Positions 56,746-64,000 of a DNA stretch of 64,000 bases are shown here, one piece after another. The number at the start of each line of letters is the position of its first letter. Positions within the stretch are counted from its first letter, which is position 1. This stretch comes from a bacterium (GTDB lineage Bacteria; Electryoneota; Electryoneia; Electryoneales; Electryoneaceae). The notes under the pieces were generated by a model. The model was not told where the DNA came from. It was given only the letters and a program-made list of their open reading frames with translations, and did no database searches. The stretch lies in the NCBI GenBank assembly GCA_963675295.2, contig CAXXKJ010000001.1, positions 160,001 through 224,000 on the forward strand, in the 5' to 3' direction. Both the position numbers and the translations under genes were made by a program.

Positions 56746-59271
56746 TTATCGGACCAGCATCATCTTCTGCGCCTGATTCAGCAGGCCCGGCACGGTCGCG
56801 CGCACGATGTACAGCCCGCTGGCGAGCGAAGACGCGTCGAGGGTGAACTCGTGCTGCCCGGCGGTGTACGATCCATGCGCCAGTTCCGCGACCCGTTGCC
56901 CGGCGACGTTGTACACGATCACATTCAACTCAGACGCCGCCGGCAAACTCACTGTTACCGTCGTCGTGGCGTTGAACGGGTTCGGCCAGGCGGGGTTCAG
57001 CGCATACTTAACGGGCAGGTCCGTGCCTGCGGTTGCCGCCGCTACCGTTCCACCAGGCAGCTCAAGCCCCCAACTCGCCCAGTCCACTCTACGTGTGGGT
57101 CCCGAGGCCGGAACCACCTCAAACTCGAAAACGTCCTTGCCGATCGCGGTACCCGGGTGGCTTCCCGCCTTCATCCGGAAGGTGTAGCGGCCGAGCGGCG
57201 CATCGGCGGGGACGATCTGCACAATGTCCGTCTCCTCGATCACCATAGACGGCGTAAATTCAACGTCCCGGATCAGCCAGATCGGCGACACGAGATACCC
57301 GCTTGGCGTGTAAACATCCGCCCAGACATCGACCAATTGAGTGCTCTGCAAGTTGCTGGACAACAGCGCGTCATAGGTGAACCATCCACCTTGCGGCACG
57401 GTCAATGGGTAATCTGCGATCAACGTGATATCGATCAGCTTGTTCGTCGCCTGACGGCAATCCAGCACGAGAAACTTGTCCCGGTCGGCGACGCAGACAT
57501 AGTCCTCGTCCTCAGAACTGACCTGGTACGCTCGGTCGGGTGTGTCATAGTAGCCGGTGAACAGGGGACGCGCGGGATCGGTGATGTCGAAGACTGCCAC
57601 ACCCCAGACATGACAGGCGAGGAACGCCGTATGTCCGACCAAGCTTATGTCCAGGGCATTAAGAGTTCGTCCGTCATAGGCGACTTCAAATGGTGCGGAC
57701 GGATCGCTGACATCCAACACACGCAAACCGCCGTGAGCGAGCAGGAGGTAGTGGTCAACTTGCGCCATATCCGAAACATGATAGAGGTTGCCCATGAAGT
57801 GACCGATCAATTGTGGATTGGAAAGATCGCTGATATCGTATATCCGGAGGCCTTCCTCGCGCAGCGTGAAGTATGCGAGGTCGCCATCAATGCAGATGCT
57901 GTCGAGCAATGGCCCATCCTCAAGGAAAGTTGAGATGAGCTGCGGATTTGTCGGATTCGTTACATCCAACACGAAGACAATGGGGCCGATGGTAGCTCCC
58001 AGAAACGCTGTCCCATCAGCGATATGGACCAGGTACACCTCTGCGGGCAAATCGACATTTGCAGCAACCTGCGGATTCGTCGGATCGTTGATATCGACGA
58101 CTAACAGGCCGTATTCACGACAAGGGGCATACAGATAGTTTCCATCAACGACAAACTGCTGCGGTTCCGGCAGATCCAAGTGACCAGTCTCGACAGGATT
58201 TCCCGGGTCGCTCACATCAACGACAAACATCCCCGCGTCTCTCGTTCCGACATACGCATACCCATCGGATTGAACAACAGCCTGGATATCATCAACCGCT
58301 CGGAACTGATTCACCTCGGTCGGTGCTGACGGTGTCGACACATCAAGGATCCGCATCCCCTCAAAGTTGTTGGCGAGAAATGCATAATTTCCAACGACAG
58401 AGATGTTCTTTGTGCGTACACCTGGATCGATCACGCTGACGTACACCGGTACCTCCTGATCGCTCAGGTCTACGATCACCATACCGTCGCCCTCGCAGGA
58501 CAGGAAAGCATACTGTCCGGCGAGTTCGATCTTCTCCGGATCTTCCTGCATGCTGAGAACATGTACTTCAACAGGATTCGTTGGATCGCTGATGTCAAAT
58601 GTTCGCAGGCCATGGTTGTCGCAGGTGATATACAGGTAGTCCCCGGAAACCGCGACACCGTACGCATCGTACATCACGACCTGCGCGACCGGCTGCGCGT
58701 TCAACGGATCGCTGATGTCAACCACGATCAACCCCTCGTCATCACCGGCGACATACAGATAATCCCCATCAACGGTCAGATCTTCGATTCCGTAGACCAG
58801 GTTTATCGTGTTCACATTCGCCGGGTTGGAGGGATCACTGATATCAAACACCTCGATCTGACTTGCAAAATGCTCGGCGACGAAGAGGTAGTTGTCCTGG
58901 ACAGCAACAGCAGTGACACTGAGAACGTCACACGTAGAGACAAGTTCCGGGTTCAACGGGTCCGCAATGTCCACGATGTGAGCCTGGTAGTCGCCCATCA
59001 CGATGTACTGCCCGAAACGGGTGAGGCAGGCACCGTCAAATCCCGGCGGACTGACGGAACTCACTTCCACCGGATGGTTTACATCGCTGATATCCACGAT
59101 GTGCAACCCGCCCGCAAGGACATAGGCGTACGATCCGTCAACCATGATGTCCACGGCCATCTCCCAATGGAGATCGTACAAGGAACCGGCGATAGAAACG
59201 TTCAGGCTATCCTGGGCAAACACGGGAAGGCACAGCAGCAGCGCGGCGAAGATGACGAGCAGGTGTTTCAT
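56746..59271 (-). CDS. LVIVD-repeat protein with Ig adaptor and CTD
   Basis: Start MKHLLVIF with GAGG RBS, AQDSLNVS as in the 50041 gene, LVIVD repeats and a WPNPFNA CTD. Confidence 0.88.
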   Translation of the reverse strand: MKHLLVIFAALLLCLPVFAQDSLNVSIAGSLYDLHWEMAVDIMVDGSYAYVLAGGLHIVDISDVNHPVEVSSVSPPGFDGACLTRFGQYIVMGDYQAHIVDIADPLNPELVSTCDVLSVTAVAVQDNYLFVAEHFASQIEVFDISDPSNPANVNTINLVYGIEDLTVDGDYLYVAGDDEGLIVVDISDPLNAQPVAQVVMYDAYGVAVSGDYLYITCDNHGLRTFDISDPTNPVEVHVLSMQEDPEKIELAGQYAFLSCEGDGMVIVDLSDQEVPVYVSVIDPGVRTKNISVVGNYAFLANNFEGMRILDVSTPSAPTEVNQFRAVDDIQAVVQSDGYAYVGTRDAGMFVVDVSDPGNPVETGHLDLPEPQQFVVDGNYLYAPCREYGLLVVDINDPTNPQVAANVDLPAEVYLVHIADGTAFLGATIGPIVFVLDVTNPTNPQLISTFLEDGPLLDSICIDGDLAYFTLREEGLRIYDISDLSNPQLIGHFMGNLYHVSDMAQVDHYLLLAHGGLRVLDVSDPSAPFEVAYDGRTLNALDISLVGHTAFLACHVWGVAVFDITDPARPLFTGYYDTPDRAYQVSSEDEDYVCVADRDKFLVLDCRQATNKLIDITLIADYPLTVPQGGWFTYDALLSSNLQSTQLVDVWADVYTPSGYLVSPIWLIRDVEFTPSMVIEETDIVQIVPADAPLGRYTFRMKAGSHPGTAIGKDVFEFEVVPASGPTRRVDWASWGLELPGGTVAAATAGTDLPVKYALNPAWPNPFNATTTVTVSLPAASELNVIVYNVAGQRVAELAHGSYTAGQHEFTLDASSLASGLYIVRATVPGLLNQAQKMMLVR

Positions 59272-59503
59272 AGGGCACCTCAATAAGTGAGCATGTAGCC
59301 TAAGTTTGAGAAATAGGTCATGCGATAAAGTACAATCCGATGTAGTCTCATTCAATGATCTGACGGTCTGGTTCACACTTTTTTCCGTGTCCGGCTCGTC
59401 ACGCCGTACAGAGGGAACGTGCACACCAGCCCTACCGTTCAATACACATCTTCCGTATCTTCGAAGCGATTGCACCCGCCTACAATACGCCGGGGGAGAC
59501 CGC

Positions 59504-60289
59504 GTGGAGCTGTTCCGCATCGGCTTTTTGAGTGTCGGCCTTATCGACATCGTCGACATCGCTTTGGTCGCGTACATCTTTTACAAGCTGTACTCGGTCA
59601 TGCGTGGCACTCGTGGTTCGCAGATGGTGATTGGACTGCTGCTCTTGTTCATCGCCAGCCTGGTCGTCGGTGCGCTCGGCCTGAAAGCGACAACCTGGTT
59701 GGCGCAGTCGGTGGCGCAGGTGTGGGTGCTGGCTTTCGTCATCCTGTTCCAGCCGGAACTGCGGCGCCTGATGGTACAAATTGGCCAGACACGTCTTGTC
59801 CAACGCCTGCTACGCGTGCGAGGAACCAAGGCGATCGAGGAAATCGTCAAGTCGGCGGTGCAGCTTTCCGAGAAACGGTACGGCGGCCTGTTCGTGCTGC
59901 AACGCGACATCGGTCTGCGTGGGATCATCGAGACCGGCGTCAAGATGCAGAGCGAAGTCTCCAGCGAACTGCTGGTGTCGCTGTTCTTTCCACGCACGCC
60001 CCTGCATGATGGCGCGGTGGTCATCAGCGGCAACCTGATCGAGGCGGCCGCCTGCATCCTGCCGTTGAGCGAGAATCCGAACATCGACGCGTCCATCGGC
60101 ACCCGGCACCGGGCGGCACTCGGTGTCTCCGAGGAGTCGGACGCCGCGGCGGTGGTCGTCAGCGAGGAAACCGGACAGATTTCCATCGCCTACCGGGGCG
60201 AATTTCTCGAGCGCGGCATCACCGGAGATGAACTCCGCGATCACCTGAAGAAGATCTTCGAACGCGTCAGCCATAACCTGGCGGACTGA
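59504..60289 (+). CDS. cdaA: Diadenylate cyclase CdaA/DacA
   Basis: Three N-terminal TM helices, LFQPELRR, PLHDGAVVI (DGA), GTRHRAA (RHR) and VSEETG. Confidence 0.93.
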   Translation: MELFRIGFLSVGLIDIVDIALVAYIFYKLYSVMRGTRGSQMVIGLLLLFIASLVVGALGLKATTWLAQSVAQVWVLAFVILFQPELRRLMVQIGQTRLVQRLLRVRGTKAIEEIVKSAVQLSEKRYGGLFVLQRDIGLRGIIETGVKMQSEVSSELLVSLFFPRTPLHDGAVVISGNLIEAAACILPLSENPNIDASIGTRHRAALGVSEESDAAAVVVSEETGQISIAYRGEFLERGITGDELRDHLKKIFERVSHNLAD

Positions 60290-60309
60290 ACGCACTTGGA
60301 CGACTGGCT

Positions 60310-60338
60310 ATGTGCCCCTGATGGCTTTGCCAGCAGGG
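60310..60338 (-). repeat. REP hairpin, left of RAYT (inverted orientation)
   Basis: Reverse complement CCCTGCTGGCAAAGCCATCAGGGGCACAT matches the right-hand copies at 27 of 29 positions. Confidence 0.85.
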
Positions 60339-60369
60339 CTTCGTTAGAGGATCTGAACTTGGAGGCGCT

Positions 60370-60903
60370 GTGCCTCGATATCGAATTGATGATCCTGCTG
60401 CCGCACACTATCTAACATTTTCATGTCATCAACGGCGTTTAATGTTTTTGAATCCAATACTATGTAATTTGTTTCTAGAAAAACTACACGATGCAAGAAA
60501 CAAGTTGAACTTTCAGTTGTTGGCTTATGTAATCATGCCTAATCATGTACATCTGCTCCTGTTTCCCGGTTCGATTCCCATGAAGGAAATACTATACCGC
60601 GTAAAGCAGCCGTTCAGCTATCATGCGGGTATGTATTTCAAGAAAAATAGGCCTGATCTTCACCGAGATCTCTGTGTGAAACGGGGTTCAAAATGGTCGT
60701 TCCGTTTCTGGCTGGCGGGAGGTGGATTCGACAGGCTACTGTACACGAATGACGATATCCAGACACGAATTCGTTATACTCACCGTAATCCTCTCAGATG
60801 GGGGATAACGGAAGATCCGGAAATGTACCCGTGGTCTAGTTTCCACGCCTATTCCAATAAGGCCGGGAAACCCATTCCCATAGATCGTCCCGAGTGGATA
60901 TAG
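60370..60903 (+). mobile_element. REP-associated tyrosine transposase (RAYT, HUH Y1 family)
   Basis: HYLTFSC, YVIMPNHVHLL (HUH), YTHRNP (catalytic Tyr) and YPWSS. More AT-rich than its flanks and flanked by REP hairpins. Confidence 0.88.
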
Positions 60904-60905
60904 CG

Positions 60906-61001
60906 GGCGGATGATCCCTGCTGGCGGAGCCATCAGGGGCACATGACCGGGCGAGGAAACTGGCGGATAATCCCTGCTGGCGGAGCCATCAGGGGCACAT
61001 G
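60906..61001 (+). repeat. Two direct 40-bp REP copies right of RAYT
   Basis: GGCGGAT(G/A)ATCCCTGCTGGCGGAGCCATCAGGGGCACATG at 60906-60945 and 60962-61001. Confidence 0.9.
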
Positions 61002-61068
61002 TCAGCGACACTTGGAAACGGCACAAACTGTGCGATGGCAGAGAAGCGAGCAGAACACAGGATCCACC

Positions 61069-63669
61069 ATGGCGAAACGGGCGAAGAAGCAGAACCAACC
61101 GGAAACGAAACCCTCAGCCGACGAAGAGGAGAAGCGGAAAGCGGTCGCCGGGATCCTGCGCGAGAGTGAAACCGCGTTTTTGTTTCCGAAACGGTCGCTG
61201 GTCGGGGACATCGTCGCCGTCGCCGCGCTGTACGTTGTCACCCTGATCCTGTTCTGGAATTTTGTCGTCGAACCGAACCGTTTCAGCGTTTCCGGCGACG
61301 CATTCGCCGCGCGTGCGTGGAACGATGTCGGCGCGGAAATCGACGCCCAGGTTGACGGTCCGGCGGCATGGAACCCGTACGTTTTCATTGGATTTCCAAC
61401 CTACGGTTCGATGGCGTACCACCCCGATTCGTGGCTGAATCCGGCAAACTGGCTGGACATTCCCGGGCGTTTCCTGTTCGGCCTGCACGACATGAACAAG
61501 CAGGTCTTCTACTACTTCCTCAGCGGGCTGCTGATGTACCTGTTCGCACGGGGAGTGGGGCTGCCGTGGTGGGCATCGCTGCTGGCGGGATTGACCTTCC
61601 TGCTCAATCCGTACAACCTGTCACTGGCCGAAGCGGGGCACGGGTCCAAGCACTGGACCATCGCGATGCTACCGCTGACTCTGCTGCTGACCCATCGGGT
61701 GCTGAATAAACGACGTCTGCTCGAAATGTCGCTACTCGCGTTGGGCACTGCCGCGCTGTTGCTCTCGATGCACGCCCAGATCGCTTACTATGGACTGCTT
61801 GTCGGAGGCGTGTACGCGCTGGCGTGGTTTGTCCGGGAACTGATCCGCGACCGGGCGACCGCCCTGCGTGGTGTCGGCGGGTATGCCGGCGGGACGTTGC
61901 TCGGGTTGCTGATGTCGGCGTTTGTCTACTGGCCGGTTTACATATTCTCCAAGTACTCGATCCGTGGGGTCGGCCCGTTACGGGATGAGGGCGGTGCCTC
62001 CGGCCTCGACTGGACCTACGCGACCAACTGGTCGCTGCATCCGCTGGAATCGCTGCAATTTCTCGTGCCGGGCTGGTTCGGGCTCGGCGGCAGCGCACCG
62101 CCGGACCGCATGCTCAGCGTCGATACCGCGTTGAACTACAACCTCTACTGGGGCTGGATGCCGTTCACCACCAGCTCGCTGTACATGGGCATCATCCCGC
62201 TGCTGCTGGCGATCCTCGCGGGGATCTGGCTGTGGAAGAAAAGCGGCGTGGTGCGCTGGATGAGCATCGCCGCGGTGCTGGCGTGGATTGTCAGCTTCGG
62301 ACGTTTCCTGCCTGTTTTGTACGGGCCGTTGTATTACGTGTTGCCGTTCTTCAACAAATTCCGCATTCCGTCGATGGCGCTGGTGGTCACCGCGCTGGGT
62401 GTATCGCTGCTCGCGGCGTACGGGCTGGCGGAATTGGTCAAACGGCTGATCGCGGCACGGGACGACGACAAGCGCCGTGCTGGCCTCAGCCGGTTGTTCA
62501 CCACCGTGCTGATCGTCGCGATTGCCGGCTTTGCCATCGCCGTGTTCATGCCCGGTCCGATGGACACGTTCCTCAAGGACGGCGAGGCTCGCCAATACGA
62601 CGCCCAGACGCTGCAATACGTGCTCGAGTTGCGCTGGCAGATCTTCACCGCGACGCTGCTTGTGACCGCGTTCATTCTCGCCATTTTTGCGCTGTCGGTA
62701 CGGTTGTCGCTACGCAAAACCCTGGCTTTCCTGCTGCCGACATCCATCGCGGTCGCGATCATTTTCACCGGTTACGATCTGTTCTCGATCGACAAGCGTT
62801 TCCTGCACCCGGTTCCAGAACGGGTGCTGACCAACCAGCTGCAGCAGACCAGCGCCGTCGAGTACCTCAAACGGCAGCAGTTCCCTGAAGCGGAGCCGTT
62901 CCGCATCTTCCCCGTCGGCAATGATTTCCAGAACAACGCGTGGATGTATCACCGCATCCAGAGCATCGGCGGGTACGGCGCGAACAAACTCCGCGTCTAT
63001 CAGGATCTGCTCGATTACGCGTTCTACAGCCCGCAAGGTCAGCCGAGTCTTGCCCTCGCCGGGATGATGAACGCGCGTTACCTTGTCAGCGGACAACCGT
63101 TGGGCGGAAACTTCCAGCTGGTGCATTCCGACGAACAAAATCAGCAGTACGTGTACTTCAACCCGTTTGCGACGCCGAGAGTGTGGTTCGTTGACAACGT
63201 TGAGGTGATTGAAGATCCGGATGACGTCATGACCGCGATCGCACAGGAAGATTTCCAGTTCACGAAAACCGCGATCGTGATGGAAACGCCCGAGTTCATG
63301 CCGGTTCCGGAGGATTCGGCGCGGCATGTGCAGATGTCTAACGCCGAGTTCGGCCCGCACGAATACAACATCGAGATCAGCAACACCGAGCCCGGCTTCA
63401 TCGTGCTCAGCGAAATCTGGTATCCGCAGGGCTGGTATGCCGAACTGAACGGCGAACCGGTCGAGTTCATGCGTACCAACTACGCGTTGCGCGGACTGCC
63501 GGTCCCGCCGGGTGAGCACACGTTGCACGTGTACTACGATCCACCGGAACTGAAGGCCGGTTTTATGATCTCGCGCATCGCGATGGTGATCACGCTCTTG
63601 CTGCTCGGTTTCTCACTAATCCAGTGGTTCCGTACACGGCAAGCACCGGTCGGGGAATCCGATGCCTGA
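61069..63669 (+). CDS. YfhO-family GT-C-like polytopic membrane protein
   Basis: WNPYVFIGFP, FNKFRIP, SIGGY, PRVWFV and LSEIWYPQGWYAELNG..RTNYALRG. Confidence 0.85.
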   Translation: MAKRAKKQNQPETKPSADEEEKRKAVAGILRESETAFLFPKRSLVGDIVAVAALYVVTLILFWNFVVEPNRFSVSGDAFAARAWNDVGAEIDAQVDGPAAWNPYVFIGFPTYGSMAYHPDSWLNPANWLDIPGRFLFGLHDMNKQVFYYFLSGLLMYLFARGVGLPWWASLLAGLTFLLNPYNLSLAEAGHGSKHWTIAMLPLTLLLTHRVLNKRRLLEMSLLALGTAALLLSMHAQIAYYGLLVGGVYALAWFVRELIRDRATALRGVGGYAGGTLLGLLMSAFVYWPVYIFSKYSIRGVGPLRDEGGASGLDWTYATNWSLHPLESLQFLVPGWFGLGGSAPPDRMLSVDTALNYNLYWGWMPFTTSSLYMGIIPLLLAILAGIWLWKKSGVVRWMSIAAVLAWIVSFGRFLPVLYGPLYYVLPFFNKFRIPSMALVVTALGVSLLAAYGLAELVKRLIAARDDDKRRAGLSRLFTTVLIVAIAGFAIAVFMPGPMDTFLKDGEARQYDAQTLQYVLELRWQIFTATLLVTAFILAIFALSVRLSLRKTLAFLLPTSIAVAIIFTGYDLFSIDKRFLHPVPERVLTNQLQQTSAVEYLKRQQFPEAEPFRIFPVGNDFQNNAWMYHRIQSIGGYGANKLRVYQDLLDYAFYSPQGQPSLALAGMMNARYLVSGQPLGGNFQLVHSDEQNQQYVYFNPFATPRVWFVDNVEVIEDPDDVMTAIAQEDFQFTKTAIVMETPEFMPVPEDSARHVQMSNAEFGPHEYNIEISNTEPGFIVLSEIWYPQGWYAELNGEPVEFMRTNYALRGLPVPPGEHTLHVYYDPPELKAGFMISRIAMVITLLLLGFSLIQWFRTRQAPVGESDA

Positions 63670-64000
63670 GCGCGACCCGGCGGAGAAGGCTGATCCCGCT
63701 CCGGCACACCTGTCGTTGCAGGAAAAACTGCTGCGCAAGCTGGGAGCGGGGGAGCGGGGACGAGGTCTCGCCGGCGGTGCGGCCGGTTCCTTTCTGCTCA
63801 AGGGATTCTCCTACCTCGCTGCGTTTCTGACCACCGTTATGCTGACCAACGTGCTCGGCGCGGAACGGTTCGGTGCATACGCCTACGGCATGAACTGGGT
63901 CTACATCCTGATGGTCCCGGCGGTGCTCGGTTTCGACCGGCTGCTGCTGCGTGAAATCCCCGTCCTCGAACACCGCGCCGACTTCGGCAAACTGCGCGGC
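63662..64000 (+). CDS. Wzx/MOP-family oligosaccharide flippase, N-terminal part (runs off the window)
   Basis: Manual translation gives MPERD...GAAGSFLLKG...LTNVLGAERFGAYAYGMNWV..LGFDRLLLREI. Confidence 0.8.
   Translation, partial: MPERDPAEKADPAPAHLSLQEKLLRKLGAGERGRGLAGGAAGSFLLKGFSYLAAFLTTVMLTNVLGAERFGAYAYGMNWVYILMVPAVLGFDRLLLREIPVLEHRADFGKLRG

Noticed and set aside
59271-59577. N-terminal extensions in the ORF track (e.g. the 943-aa, 827-aa and 802-aa versions)
   Set aside because: Downstream ATGs have an SD sequence and begin canonical signal peptides, so the starts were trimmed. The 943-aa version would also overlap cdaA.

Overview
This is a bacterial window of about 60% GC (estimated by eye). 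It is probably from an FCB-group lineage outside Bacteroidota, inferred from the YPNPFN-type C-terminal sorting domains. The left 19 kb holds the end of a Zn-dehydrogenase/QueD-like/glycosyltransferase/methyltransferase operon, several metabolic genes, an outer-membrane beta-barrel, bcp, two tandem duplicated small-gene pairs, an octaheme OTR-family cytochrome, a GNAT and an ABC permease. From 19.4 to 59.3 kb there are 15 signal-peptide proteins ending in a T9SS type A-like C-terminal domain (CTD), nine of them consecutive on the minus strand. Six form a family built from shuffled modules with patchwork sequence identity. Twelve share an unnamed ~110-aa Ig-like domain, which also occurs as two stand-alone Cys-rich secreted proteins and in one CTD-less gene. 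Three unrelated CTD genes are followed immediately by the same purine-rich 9/10-mer tandem array capped by a GGGGACA hairpin. The right end carries cdaA, a REP-associated tyrosine transposase flanked by three REP hairpins, a YfhO-like protein and a partial Wzx flippase. No rRNA, tRNA, CRISPR array or reverse transcriptase was recognised. All family assignments are from motifs read by eye, not database searches.
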